Shown here in pieces: positions 53,257-63,494 of a DNA stretch of 64,000 nucleotides. The position numbers were made by a program, and so were the translations under genes. Positions within the stretch are counted from its first letter, which is position 1. Each line of letters starts with the position of its first letter. Under the pieces are notes generated by a model. It was not told the origin of the DNA and made no database searches. It saw only the letters and a program-made list of their open reading frames with translations. Location: positions 32,001-96,000 of IMG/VR virus record IMGVR_UViG_3300017791_000021. One strand, 5' to 3'. This stretch comes from a virus. Lineage: Duplodnaviria > Caudoviricetes.

Positions 53257-55458
53257 TTATGCAATGCGTTCCAAAGTCAAAGTTGACTGAGGCTGAATAG
53301 TTACAGAAGCAGATAGCGAAGACGCGAATGTAAAAGTAAGAGTTCCCGCAGTACCTGTTGTAGTTAGGGTACCAAACAAGTTGACCATCTTGTTACCAGT
53401 AGGCCATACGGGAGAAACACCAGTAAGGGTAGTAACCACGTCTCCGCCTGTTGTGGTGTCATTCCATACGAATGTCGTACCGGCCGGGCCTGTCCAAGAT
53501 GTGGTAACGGTAGATGTGCTGGCAGTAGTCCAGTAAACCCATGCCTGTACGAGATAAGTGGCATTAGCCTCTACAGCTAGAGTCAGAGAAGTTGAGGCTG
53601 TCTGAGCAGTACCTACAGATGTCTGTGTACCAGTCTGTACGGCTGTCGTCTTTACGAGGCCACGAACCTTGCCCGCAGTATCACGAAGCTTTACAGGAGC
53701 GCCTGTAGCTGACGCATAGATAACTGCACCACCTGTTGGATTGGTTGTAGGAACAGTTGTAGCATTTGCAAGCTGGATTTCTCCTACACCGTTATCACCC
53801 AAAGCTGTGGCAGAACCAATCAGCATATTCTTATCTGTATAAAGAATACCTGAAGCAGCTCTACCCATTGTGGTATCTCTTGCCGCAGTTCCCGGACCGA
53901 TGTTATAGGTACCGTTACCTAGAATTCTCAGACGGTCATTGGCATCATTACCGCTGACATTTACAGCAAGAGCGGTATTGCCCGATGCGGATGGCTGAGA
54001 TTCAATTGGACGAGTTCCATTGTTCGCTGTGATGGTAGTGAGGAAGTCATACTTACCACTGGAACTTTCAATGGCTACAGATGGTATAGCAGTAAACCAG
54101 TTGGCAGATGTAGATCCAGTTCCTTGGAAGTCCGCATCAATTACTCGTACGTTCTGGTTAAGCGTTACGTTAATCGTATTCTGTACACCAGCCACACCGA
54201 TAGATGTAATTGCTGTACCAAATCGGCAATAGGTGATATACCCTGTAGCTGTACCAGACCAGTTGATATCGTAGTTAGTTCCTGTGGCTCCTGCACCATT
54301 AAGTGAGAAGAGACACTGGTTCAGATGAATACCAAATCCTGTACTGGTTACGGAAACACCATGAGTGTTGTTATTCAGAATGCGCATGTTGTTAACGCGA
54401 ATCTGATTAGCGCCCCCAGAGATCAGAAGACCGATGTTTCCTTGCTGGATAACCCCACCAGCAATTTGAGTGTTCTGAGGAGAACCATTAGGTCCATCCT
54501 CAATAACTACGTTGGTGCCTGTCTGAGGACCTAGCGCGTCAAGGTTCTGTACGAAGGTAGCGGCACAGTTTCCCTTCACTCTGAAGGCTGCTCCTGTACC
54601 TCCTAGAGTTGCTTGCATCCAAGCGATACAGTTCTGAACCAAAACATCCCAAGAGTCTTCGATGTGGATACAGTCAAGATTGGCACTTCCGCCAGAGGCT
54701 ACACCCATGAATCGAGTAAACACATTAGAGAGCATGAAGTTAGCAGCAGTGTTAGTACTATCAGAGATAATATAAATACCACCAGCAGAACTTTGCATCT
54801 TCACGTTATGAACCATTCCACCATGAAGTGTCTGGCTCGCTGTACCAATAGCACGTACACAGTAACCATTAATTCGTGTAAAGGTAGTATTTGATATGCG
54901 GAAGTTCTGAGCACCTGTAACAGTTACTGCGTGAGCAACGGGGTTACTTGTTGTAGAAGACTGGTTAGCTCCGTCAATACTGATATCGCGCACAGCACAG
55001 TCATTGGCTGTGAAGCTGAGCAAACTTGTACCTGTAAAGCTTCCACCGATTACAAGTGAACTAGCCTCAGCACCAGCACCCATGATCATTACAGCAGCAG
55101 TACTAATCGTAAAACCAGTACCGCTATTAATCAAGTAATCACCAGGTGGGAAGAATACAATTCCACCTGTAGGAGTAGCGGCACTAATAGCATTCTGAAC
55201 GGCAGTAGCATCATTGGCTACTCCGTTACCTACAGCGCCATAGTCCTTTACATTGAACTGGTTAACGCCTTGAGCAGCACCCGCAGTTATACCTAGATTA
55301 CTTCTGGCCTGTACTACACTCGTAAGATCAGAAAGGTTGCTAGCACGTTGTAGAGCGTTGCCGTTATTTGAAGTGATTGCGTTGTCCAACTGAGACAAGG
55401 CAGAGTTAAGCGGCACGTCCCAGTTAGGGGTGCCCTTAGGAATTGGTGTGTATGTCAT
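53257..55458 (-). CDS. fibre/tailspike with pectate-lyase-like beta-helix
   Basis: FNVKDYGAVGNGVANDATAVQNAI..VFFPPGDY; shared N-terminal anchor. Confidence 0.85.
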   Translation of the reverse strand: MTYTPIPKGTPNWDVPLNSALSQLDNAITSNNGNALQRASNLSDLTSVVQARSNLGITAGAAQGVNQFNVKDYGAVGNGVANDATAVQNAISAATPTGGIVFFPPGDYLINSGTGFTISTAAVMIMGAGAEASSLVIGGSFTGTSLLSFTANDCAVRDISIDGANQSSTTSNPVAHAVTVTGAQNFRISNTTFTRINGYCVRAIGTASQTLHGGMVHNVKMQSSAGGIYIISDSTNTAANFMLSNVFTRFMGVASGGSANLDCIHIEDSWDVLVQNCIAWMQATLGGTGAAFRVKGNCAATFVQNLDALGPQTGTNVVIEDGPNGSPQNTQIAGGVIQQGNIGLLISGGANQIRVNNMRILNNNTHGVSVTSTGFGIHLNQCLFSLNGAGATGTNYDINWSGTATGYITYCRFGTAITSIGVAGVQNTINVTLNQNVRVIDADFQGTGSTSANWFTAIPSVAIESSSGKYDFLTTITANNGTRPIESQPSASGNTALAVNVSGNDANDRLRILGNGTYNIGPGTAARDTTMGRAASGILYTDKNMLIGSATALGDNGVGEIQLANATTVPTTNPTGGAVIYASATGAPVKLRDTAGKVRGLVKTTAVQTGTQTSVGTAQTASTSLTLAVEANATYLVQAWVYWTTASTSTVTTSWTGPAGTTFVWNDTTTGGDVVTTLTGVSPVWPTGNKMVNLFGTLTTTGTAGTLTFTFASSLSASVTIQPQSTLTLERIA

Positions 55459-55473
55459 TTAGTGTTCCTAATC

Positions 55474-56472
55474 CTATATCCACATTGCGCTGAAGTTAAT
55501 GGACGAACCGCTTGCAATCGTAGCGGTAGGTGCCAATGTCTTAAGAGTAACCTGTCCGTTAGTAGCAATAGTGGCAGTACCTCCCGCAACACCTGACTTA
55601 TCGAACGCCACTGTGATAGTGACTGGGGGAGCAGGAGATAAAGTAGCGCATAGAGTGTCACCAATATTACCTGCGGAATCCGCAGTAATGGTAGTTCCCG
55701 TGTAGTTGAGGACGATCGAATACAGAACACTTCCGCAGGTCTGGCGTACTGATGACGTGTTCAAAGTAAAGTTGGTGGCAGGCGTAACCGTTCCAGTAGT
55801 TGTTACGCCCGCTGAGAAACTATTGTCTGTTCTTAAAACACCGACACCATTACGATATAGAGTTGTGTCTACAGTATTAGTTCCGTCACCCCAGGATACA
55901 TTTCCTGTTCCTGCGATTAGTAGTCGAGAGTTTGCATCACCGGTTGTACGAACACTGAGTGCATTATCAGTAGTTTGGTTAACAAATAGTCTAGCGGCAA
56001 CACCACCATTCGTAGTAGCAAATGATACGACTGTTGGTGAAGGTGTGCCCGCATTAGAAAAGATTGTGGCACCTGTGAAAGTCTTATTACCCGCAACGCT
56101 TTGTGTGGTTGTACGATCCACGAAAGAAGGCGGAATCTGGAGCCACACGGCTGCACCAGTTGCCACGCTGGTAGCCACAAACATGGAATTAGTGGTTGTG
56201 TTGAACCAAGTGGAACCAATTGAATAGCCCTGAGTATTATCACTAGTTACTGCGGGATCTGATGTAGCTGTCATATTAGAAAATGCATTAGCCAAACCAG
56301 TCAGACCTAGATTACTTCTGGCCTGTGCAGTATTTGTAAGGTCAGACAGATTGTTTGCAGCCTGAAGTGCTGCACCGGCAGAAGATGTGATGTTTGAATC
56401 TAATTGGGCTAGTGCCGCATTAAGCGGAACGTCCCAATTCTGTGTCCCCCTTGGAATGGGATTGTAAGTCAT
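55474..56472 (-). CDS. fibre protein, N-terminally paralogous to 53257-55458
   Basis: MTYNPIPRGTQNWDVPLNAAL..NNLSDL..QARSNLG. Confidence 0.8.
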   Translation of the reverse strand: MTYNPIPRGTQNWDVPLNAALAQLDSNITSSAGAALQAANNLSDLTNTAQARSNLGLTGLANAFSNMTATSDPAVTSDNTQGYSIGSTWFNTTTNSMFVATSVATGAAVWLQIPPSFVDRTTTQSVAGNKTFTGATIFSNAGTPSPTVVSFATTNGGVAARLFVNQTTDNALSVRTTGDANSRLLIAGTGNVSWGDGTNTVDTTLYRNGVGVLRTDNSFSAGVTTTGTVTPATNFTLNTSSVRQTCGSVLYSIVLNYTGTTITADSAGNIGDTLCATLSPAPPVTITVAFDKSGVAGGTATIATNGQVTLKTLAPTATIASGSSINFSAMWI

Positions 56473-56486
56473 ATGAGTTCTCCGTA

Positions 56487-56699
56487 TTAAGCCGTAGTGT
56501 TATTGGTGATCATACCAAGAGATGCCAGCGCGGTAAGCAGACTAGCTAACGCTGCATTCCCTCCGCGAGATCCCGTTACACTTGGTGGGCTTACTGGCGT
56601 TGTAAACTTCAAAGCAATTTCGCTGTCTAAGTCTATTAGCGCCTGATTAAGAGTTACATCCCAATCGGGCTGTCCCTTAACTGGAATAGTAAGAGCCAT
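56487..56699 (-). CDS. mini-fibre (anchor + short C-terminal helix)
   Basis: IPVKGQPDWDVTLNQAL; VTGSRGGNAALASLLTALASLGMI. Confidence 0.75.
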   Translation of the reverse strand: MALTIPVKGQPDWDVTLNQALIDLDSEIALKFTTPVSPPSVTGSRGGNAALASLLTALASLGMITNNTTA

Positions 56700-56702
56700 G
56701 AT

Positions 56703-57446
56703 TTATCCTCCGTAAGGTCCTTCTCCGTATAGTCCGTCCCCGTATCCACCTGGTGATGCAGGAATTATGTAAGCTGGTGAGCGCAATGTTGGTGTTACCT
56801 GGTTAACCATCTTAGTAAGATTGCTGGTTCCAGTATCAACCTTGTAGTCCAGAGGAAATACGCTGTGACCATTGTTGTATGGATCGTACGCAGCGTCATT
56901 CAGGCTCAATCTCTGGGAGAACTGAAGATCATTCGGTGTGGCGTACTGCGCAAACTGTACGTCATTTACCATCTCGTCAGGCTTTACTTGAGTAGCATCA
57001 ATGGCAACGATAATGTCTCGTTGCTGAATCTGTCCAAGAATCTGCACGCTAGTTACGCGGAATACCTTAGTGTCATAGACGAATCTATCCTTCAGGTAGT
57101 TCTGCGTATTCAAATCCATTTTGTCCAGCCCAGTTCTCTTTAGCTGGTCGAATGAAAGTGTGATGTGTGCTCTGTCATTGTAGTAGAACCCATCCTCAGT
57201 ATTGTCGTTCTCTCCCTCAATATGGATCACGTGCAATGCTGGAATTAGATTGGGACCGAAGTACACGCGACCCAACGGGCCTGTGGCTTCTCCGTATACG
57301 GGATCAACACTTGACTGGTCATAGGCAAAGCGATAGTAGTAAACCTCATCGCCTGTCCATCTCTGCCAATCACGAAGACCCCTATAGATTTCGGATGTCT
57401 CGAAATCAACGGAGAATCGGCCGCCTTTCCACCCTATTCTTCCCAT
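56703..57446 (-). CDS. head closure / neck protein
   Basis: VDPVYGE, YLKDRFVY..VFRV; position after adaptor. Confidence 0.65.
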   Translation of the reverse strand: MGRIGWKGGRFSVDFETSEIYRGLRDWQRWTGDEVYYYRFAYDQSSVDPVYGEATGPLGRVYFGPNLIPALHVIHIEGENDNTEDGFYYNDRAHITLSFDQLKRTGLDKMDLNTQNYLKDRFVYDTKVFRVTSVQILGQIQQRDIIVAIDATQVKPDEMVNDVQFAQYATPNDLQFSQRLSLNDAAYDPYNNGHSVFPLDYKVDTGTSNLTKMVNQVTPTLRSPAYIIPASPGGYGDGLYGEGPYGG

Positions 57447-57477
57447 TCGAATACATCCTTGTCTATAAGGGTCTTCA

Positions 57478-57975
57478 TTAGTTTATAGTCCCCACATACC
57501 ACTCATCCATATCTTCACCGCGTTGTATCGCTGAGTGAATTCTGTGGCAGTTGGCGCAAATGATTCGACACTTAGCTACTTCAGCTAGTATCTTTTCCTC
57601 AGAGTATAACTCTCTAGTTGCGTCACCACAGATATTGAAATCCTTTTCTGTGGGGTCAAGGTGATCAAAGTCCATACAGGTTGGTGGGAAGATTCCACCA
57701 CACATCTCGCAGGGGTGATTCACCTTTAACGAACGAATAAAATCGCGTATCTCTCTGCGTCTATTATTCCGTATCTCGTTTAGTTTGTCTTTGTTGTCAC
57801 GTTGCCACTTAGCTGTAACAGGTTCCAACCCCTGTGCCTTGCGTTCATCGTACTTCTCTTTGCGAGAACTCTTAATGCATTCACGGCACTGGGGGTTGTA
57901 ACCATTTGGGCTTCGTGACTTCTTATTGAATTCGGATAGGGCCTTGTGCTCTTTGCACTTAGTACATGTTTTCAT
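57478..57975 (-). CDS. HNH endonuclease with N-terminal zinc finger
   Basis: CTKC..CREC; CEMC..DFDH..CANCHRIH. Confidence 0.88.
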   Translation of the reverse strand: MKTCTKCKEHKALSEFNKKSRSPNGYNPQCRECIKSSRKEKYDERKAQGLEPVTAKWQRDNKDKLNEIRNNRRREIRDFIRSLKVNHPCEMCGGIFPPTCMDFDHLDPTEKDFNICGDATRELYSEEKILAEVAKCRIICANCHRIHSAIQRGEDMDEWYVGTIN

Positions 57976-58013
57976 ATACTAAGTATAGCACCCACATTCC
58001 ATAGGGTGTGGAA

Positions 58014-58838
58014 TTAGAGACCCCACATCCCTCCAAAAATCGGACTCTGTAGATTGCTCTCGTCCTCATCTCTGTGATCAATAGGTGGCAACTGACGACG
58101 TGGTAGATCGTAATCGTCGTACTCTCTGTCTTCAAAGATCGGTACCAGACGTTGTGTAGTCTTGGATACTCTTCTGATCTTAGACATTTCAATGGCATTA
58201 AGACCGACGTTAAGCATCGCACATAGCTGCTGATACCTTGCGGTCATTCCATCGATCTGTTCGCGTAGCTGTTGGTATCGCTGGCTACGAGGGACTGTAG
58301 TCCCGTCAGCGCTCGAAATATCGATGTCGGTACTTGCATCAGTAGCAAGCGCCCAAAGGGCGTCTATGGTGGCTCTGAGGGCCACTAAGGTACCTTCTAT
58401 GTCTGGGAGGTTAGACAGATCCATCGGCACAGTTACATACTTGATGAAACCGTTGGAGTCTTTGAATCTAGTCTTCACTGTTCTGCCATTGACGTGCTGA
58501 AGAACCGCATCGTTAATGAAGTCAGTTAGCTCATCATCCGAGAACATTCCACCAGCATAACCAGATACTACTAGAGTATCACCTTGCGGCAATGGTGCTG
58601 GTGCTCCAGTCAGAAAGATTCTACCTTCCTGATAGTTCATTGCGTAGTCTGTTCCCTTTACCAATACAACTGGGGACTGGTTTCTAATCCAGGTCACGGT
58701 CTCATTCCAGATGTTGAAGTCTGTGAGATCGTACGTAGAGACCATTCCAGTCCCCAGAAACGTATCAGAAAAAGGTGCTCCTGTATCTCCCAACTCTATA
58801 CGGACTCTGTTAATGATGTCCTGAGTAGTAAATGGCAT
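58014..58838 (-). CDS. head-tail adaptor-like protein
   Basis: RVRIELGD, FSDDEL..F; downstream of capsid. Confidence 0.65.
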   Translation of the reverse strand: MPFTTQDIINRVRIELGDTGAPFSDTFLGTGMVSTYDLTDFNIWNETVTWIRNQSPVVLVKGTDYAMNYQEGRIFLTGAPAPLPQGDTLVVSGYAGGMFSDDELTDFINDAVLQHVNGRTVKTRFKDSNGFIKYVTVPMDLSNLPDIEGTLVALRATIDALWALATDASTDIDISSADGTTVPRSQRYQQLREQIDGMTARYQQLCAMLNVGLNAIEMSKIRRVSKTTQRLVPIFEDREYDDYDLPRRQLPPIDHRDEDESNLQSPIFGGMWGL

Positions 58839-58844
58839 GGAGAC

Positions 58845-59297
58845 CTACTGTTGTGTGAAGGTTAGATTTGCAATCGGGATAGTGATGGATTGGTTTTGTG
58901 GAGCTGTAATTGGAGTATCCCACTCCCATACACAGATTACTTCTCCGGAAGTACCGGATGCCACGTTAACAAGTGCGCCAAAGGTTGTAGGTGTTCCTGA
59001 ACCTGAGGCAGAAGTGAACGGACCGAAGGTAATCAGGTTGCTGTTCTGAATCTGACTTGTTCCCTGAGTAGGAGAAGTAGCGGCTGTGAAAGTGGCAATC
59101 TGTCGAGTGTAACCTGTTGCTGCCAATTCAGTCAGCTCTGATAGCTGCGGATCTGTTGGAATAGCAGATGTTGTGCTTGGGTCAACCGTAAGCAATGCAA
59201 CATAAGCTGTTGATGGTGGAGCCCATCCACCTAGAGACGTGCCAGTTATCCAGTTTAGAATCGCACGGTCTGTTGTATCAGTTAGATTACCTGACAT
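58845..59297 (-). CDS. virion structural protein (decoration/fibre-like)
   Basis: YVALLTVDP..GYTRQ..F..N..ITF. Confidence 0.65.
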   Translation of the reverse strand: MSGNLTDTTDRAILNWITGTSLGGWAPPSTAYVALLTVDPSTTSAIPTDPQLSELTELAATGYTRQIATFTAATSPTQGTSQIQNSNLITFGPFTSASGSGTPTTFGALVNVASGTSGEVICVWEWDTPITAPQNQSITIPIANLTFTQQ

Positions 59298-59311
59298 AGT
59301 TTATTTCTCCC

Positions 59312-59686
59312 TTAACGGTATCCGCCCTCCCAAAGGAGGCCCTTGCTTGATAGGTGTCGCGCCAATTCTACAGGAACAACATACTTACGTCCCTCTTCAA
59401 AGTTGTAGTGCTTTCCGGCACCAAAGGTAACCTGCTCAAGAGTAGTGATAGGGATGATGGTCTTTGTTGGTTCCTCTAGTGCGATCTCGTCACTTACATC
59501 TAGGGCATCAACAACAGAAGTAATCGGACCGTTGGAATAGTCAACAGGAATATCGTTGATCTCATTCTCAACTTCCGCCATCATAGAAATCTCTTGAGCG
59601 CGTCTCTTTAGCTCAGCCTGGTTTTCCTTTTGAAGACGCTCAGTTTCAATACCGGTAAGATCTCCGGCACGCTTACGTGGTGGCAT
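59312..59686 (-). CDS. conserved hypothetical protein after capsid
   Basis: YNFEEGRKYVVP.ELARHL..KG. Confidence 0.7.
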   Translation of the reverse strand: MPPRKRAGDLTGIETERLQKENQAELKRRAQEISMMAEVENEINDIPVDYSNGPITSVVDALDVSDEIALEEPTKTIIPITTLEQVTFGAGKHYNFEEGRKYVVPVELARHLSSKGLLWEGGYR

Positions 59687-59733
59687 TCTATTCTCCAGAT
59701 TTAGTGTCTCGTGTGTTAGTTAGATTATATAAG

Positions 59734-59768
59734 AAAACCCCTCCCCAGCTTGGGGACTGAGGAGGGGT
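59734..59768 (-). terminator. terminator after major capsid gene
   Basis: ACCCCTCCTCAG/CTGGGGAGGGGT stem plus TTT. Confidence 0.8.
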
Positions 59769-59796
59769 CCTGTCCTAAACGGACATACAGAGCATA

Positions 59797-60834
59797 TTAG
59801 TTGGTAGAGGCGATAACTACTGAAATGTCAGTAATTAGGCCAAGTCCCCAAATAGCGTACCACGCTAGGGCGTGCTCTCTACCGAAGTCAAGAATACCGC
59901 CGTCGCGCAATTCAACAGGAAGTGAAATAGCGTGACCGAATGCGTTGTCTCCAATGAAGATGGAGTCATAACGGTTAGCTGCACCATTACCAGTTGTTAC
60001 ACCGTTTGTGGTTGTGTCAGTAGTCCAACCAGTTCCAGCTCCACCTACAACGTTACGAACCTGAGTTGTCTCGATAAATACGACATCGTTCAAACGTCCG
60101 ATTTCTCCTAGCATAAAGTTACCAGGAGCTGCATACTTAGTCATCTCGATGAACTGAGGATCGTTACGTAGCCAACGGCTCTGGTGAGGGTGGACAAAAC
60201 AGACATATGTCTCACCTAGACGGGGTACGTTCTTTGTTGCTAGAGTCTCTACCGCGTCGTAAACAACCTGTGAGGTTAGGTTGAAGTCACCAGTCATGGA
60301 AGCATTGCTGGTTCCAGGAGTACCGATGTTGTAGAAGACCTGGTTGTTGAGTGCGCCAGTGTCCTTCTGGTATCCGAAGATCTGTGAAGAAGCCTGTAGC
60401 AGGGTGTTACGGGCACTTACGTCAAGGTAAGTAGCCATGTTACGGCCTAGAAGACGTGAGGCAGATGCCATTACGTCATCGAAGGATGCGTTAAGTAGCA
60501 GCTCAGAAACAGCTACAGCGAATCCCTGCTCAGCAACTGTGATGCTGAACTGAGAAGCTGTAAGTGGAGCAGTCTGCATACGGATACCTTCAACAAGCTG
60601 AGAAGCATTGCCTAGGTTGTTGTAACGCATAAAGTTAATGGTAAGACCTGGAGTAACGCCAAGCTCTGTCTTCTTTACGGCAAATTGCTCGAATCTCAAA
60701 ATCGGCATTGCCTGGAATAGAATTTCCTTGCTCCAAATAGTTTGGATAGCAGGAGATAGAGCAGAGCTACCACCAGGGTAAGCTGTTGGAGCACCGGAGA
60801 TATTCGGTGTGCCCGTAATTGCTGAACCAGCCAT
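59797..60834 (-). CDS. major capsid protein (N4-gp56 family)
   Basis: FEQFA..G.TINFMRY..L.EG; VCFVHP; GEIGRL..V.FIET; DFGR..AWY. Confidence 0.9.
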   Translation of the reverse strand: MAGSAITGTPNISGAPTAYPGGSSALSPAIQTIWSKEILFQAMPILRFEQFAVKKTELGVTPGLTINFMRYNNLGNASQLVEGIRMQTAPLTASQFSITVAEQGFAVAVSELLLNASFDDVMASASRLLGRNMATYLDVSARNTLLQASSQIFGYQKDTGALNNQVFYNIGTPGTSNASMTGDFNLTSQVVYDAVETLATKNVPRLGETYVCFVHPHQSRWLRNDPQFIEMTKYAAPGNFMLGEIGRLNDVVFIETTQVRNVVGGAGTGWTTDTTTNGVTTGNGAANRYDSIFIGDNAFGHAISLPVELRDGGILDFGREHALAWYAIWGLGLITDISVVIASTN

Positions 60835-60891
60835 ATTTAGTCCTTATCGCTTATATGGGTTCGGGCACTAGCCGTACCCAGGGTGTTTTAA

Positions 60892-61707
60892 TTATCCGAA
60901 GAGTCCGCGAGATCTTGCCGCGTCATTTCCGGCTAGTCCCGATTCTTGACGGAACTTAGCGTACTCAGCCATAGACATGTTATTGATGTCCGCTGGTGTG
61001 TATGTCTTCTGGCTCATAGAACCCTCAAGAGGACCCAGAGCCGTATAACCTGTAGGTGCAACCCCGCGCATCTGTGCAGTCTGCTGCTGACGTGCAGCCG
61101 CTACCTCATCGAAAATTGACTGAGTAGCTGCCTTTGCCTGTGCTATAGCGTTATCGATCTGCTCACGAGATTCACCAACAATAAAGTTGTGGAACTGTGG
61201 AGCGATGTCATCAGCATTCGCGTTTAGCTGAGAGTTTCTGTACTCTACAAGTTCATTATATTCTCTTTCCTTGGCAAGTAGTGCGCGCTCCTGCTCTCGC
61301 TCCTGCTGGAGCTGTGTGAAGCGGGACTCCCAAGTATCGTTAGTCTCCTGCAACTTCTTCTCAAGAAGAGCCTTTGCAGACATCTCCTCTTCCTTCTTGG
61401 CGTTAGCCGCAGCATCCTTTTCACGCTTTGCCTGCTCTACGGCAGCAAGCTCCTGTGCCTTCTGCTCCTCAATCTCCTTAAGAGTCTTTTGGGCCTGCGC
61501 CCACTGAGTCTTTAGGCTATCGATTTCAGAGTACAACTTGTCCTTCTCTTCCTTGCGAGCCTTCGCAATGTCCTCTGCTGAGAATGTTCTCTCACCGGAG
61601 GCACCATGTGCAAAAGCGGCTGGGGAAGGTGCAGGACTCTGAGCACCATTGTCTGGATTTGGAGACTCAATTGTTGTCGCCAAACCTGGTTGTACTGGAG
61701 TTGCCAT
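60892..61707 (-). CDS. scaffolding protein
   Basis: coiled-coil, MSMAEYAKFR terminus; between portal and capsid. Confidence 0.85.
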   Translation of the reverse strand: MATPVQPGLATTIESPNPDNGAQSPAPSPAAFAHGASGERTFSAEDIAKARKEEKDKLYSEIDSLKTQWAQAQKTLKEIEEQKAQELAAVEQAKREKDAAANAKKEEEMSAKALLEKKLQETNDTWESRFTQLQQEREQERALLAKEREYNELVEYRNSQLNANADDIAPQFHNFIVGESREQIDNAIAQAKAATQSIFDEVAAARQQQTAQMRGVAPTGYTALGPLEGSMSQKTYTPADINNMSMAEYAKFRQESGLAGNDAARSRGLFG

Positions 61708-61781
61708 ATCTATTATCTCCTAGAATTTAACTGGATGTTTTCCGAATATGTCCCGAATGAATTTACTTACGTGTATACGAA

Positions 61782-63494
61782 TTAATTGTTGTCGTCGGTA
61801 GGTAGTTGACGTGAACCCAACTTAGTACCGTATGCGTTGACAACAGTCTCGCGTAGAGCGTTCATAGAGCCTGCTCCATCAAGCTCCTGTAGATCTATCT
61901 TGTTGATAGTTCCGGGGCCGCCAGAAGGCGGTACAGAGTTTCCTAGAGCGTCTTCACCTGGTGGTACTGGCTCTGATGTACCGTCAGGCTGTGGAACCAT
62001 CCCAGTCAATTCTTGGATTACAGAATCAATCTGAGTTCTCAACATACGTAGAGCACCATCACGGATGGCATCCTCGTGAAGCTCATCAAAAATTTCTTGT
62101 AGCTTCTCATCTGGGAACTGTTCACCCAGATCCTTAAGGGCACCTCTACGAGATTCGAGATCCATATTCATCATTGCGCCGATTTCATTCAACTTAACCA
62201 GGCGATCAACCGGAAGTGGTGATGGCCAGTCTATATCACTAAAGTAAACCAATGGATCTCTTGGGTCAATCGCAAAAGGCTGACCCTCTTGAATAATTCC
62301 CTCTGTCTCAGGATTGTACAGAGTGGCTTCTGGTTCAAAGATAAATAGAGTCTTTAGTGCAAGCTCATTAATCTTTTGTAGTCCCTTACCATATTGTATC
62401 TTCTTTAGTTCGAACTTTTGCATTAGTGGTAGGAATTGCATAGCTAGCGCTACACCAGAAGTATTTGAAATAGCCTGGCTCTGACCTAGGGCAGTCTCAG
62501 GCACACCTGTCATCTCGTGCATGGCAACCTTGAGCATGTTCAGTGCATCAAGTGGACCCTCTAGTTCCACACCGTTTTCCAGATTGTGGATATCTACGTC
62601 CTTGTTTCCAATAGACCATACACGGTTAGTTCCCTTCTCAAGCTGAGAGGGCTTCGCACCAATTACTACAGTAATAGGAGCGGCATGATAATTCACAATG
62701 TCAGCAATATCTGTCGCTGTTTCATTGTACTGACGGTTAAGACTGATCAAGTCCTGTACATCGGACATTCCCCATGGAGATCCGGAAGCAGGGTGGTTAG
62801 CAATATGAACGATGGGGATAACACCTAGAGCATTAGGACGCTCATCAATCAGCTCGTCATTTACGTACTCACGAATAACGTCAGCGCGAATTAACTCAGT
62901 GTAAGTATATACGCTTCTTGTACCTTCTGTGTTTGTTCCCCAGAAACGATACTTAAGCTTGAACTCTAGCAATCTGTCACGGTCGTGTGGATGCCAAGTA
63001 GGGAAGCAGTAAGCAGAGTTCAGTGGAAGGATACGTACTCGTCCTGCATGGTTGTTTCCTGCGTCATCAACCCATGGAGATTCGTAAGCCACCTTAACGA
63101 AAGCATCTCCAGAGACACCGCCTTGCTGACCCATTTCCCAAGTAACGGCCTTCATGTTGTTGTCCTGCTGCCAAATACGCTTCAGCAATGCAGGAACAAT
63201 GTGGTCGTATTCCTTGATGGTGTCAAAGGAGATGCCTCTGGAGAAGCAGAAGCTATTGATATAGTCGGCAAATGCCTTCACATAATTAAAGGTCAACTGG
63301 GGATCACCGAATTCACGACGAGTTCCCCAGTGGTGACCTAGGTACCATGCCCAATATTCCGCATAGCGGTTGAGACGTGGGCCATGCATTTCAAACTCTT
63401 CATCGGAAAGCTCAACTAGACCTAGTGGCGAAATAGCAATCGCTAGGTCTGAGGCTGCTGCTCTCATTGATGGAGAGTAAAACGTCATTGACAT
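61782..63494 (-). CDS. portal protein (SPP1 gp6-like)
   Basis: NYVKAFAD, GDAFVKV, NALGVIPIVHIAN, GMSD, TSGVAL. Confidence 0.9.
   Translation of the reverse strand: MSMTFYSPSMRAAASDLAIAISPLGLVELSDEEFEMHGPRLNRYAEYWAWYLGHHWGTRREFGDPQLTFNYVKAFADYINSFCFSRGISFDTIKEYDHIVPALLKRIWQQDNNMKAVTWEMGQQGGVSGDAFVKVAYESPWVDDAGNNHAGRVRILPLNSAYCFPTWHPHDRDRLLEFKLKYRFWGTNTEGTRSVYTYTELIRADVIREYVNDELIDERPNALGVIPIVHIANHPASGSPWGMSDVQDLISLNRQYNETATDIADIVNYHAAPITVVIGAKPSQLEKGTNRVWSIGNKDVDIHNLENGVELEGPLDALNMLKVAMHEMTGVPETALGQSQAISNTSGVALAMQFLPLMQKFELKKIQYGKGLQKINELALKTLFIFEPEATLYNPETEGIIQEGQPFAIDPRDPLVYFSDIDWPSPLPVDRLVKLNEIGAMMNMDLESRRGALKDLGEQFPDEKLQEIFDELHEDAIRDGALRMLRTQIDSVIQELTGMVPQPDGTSEPVPPGEDALGNSVPPSGGPGTINKIDLQELDGAGSMNALRETVVNAYGTKLGSRQLPTDDNN

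Noticed and set aside
53257-56472. Diversity-generating retroelement or invertible fibre switch
   Set aside because: No reverse transcriptase or invertase, no adenine-specific template/variable repeat pair, and the repeat is direct
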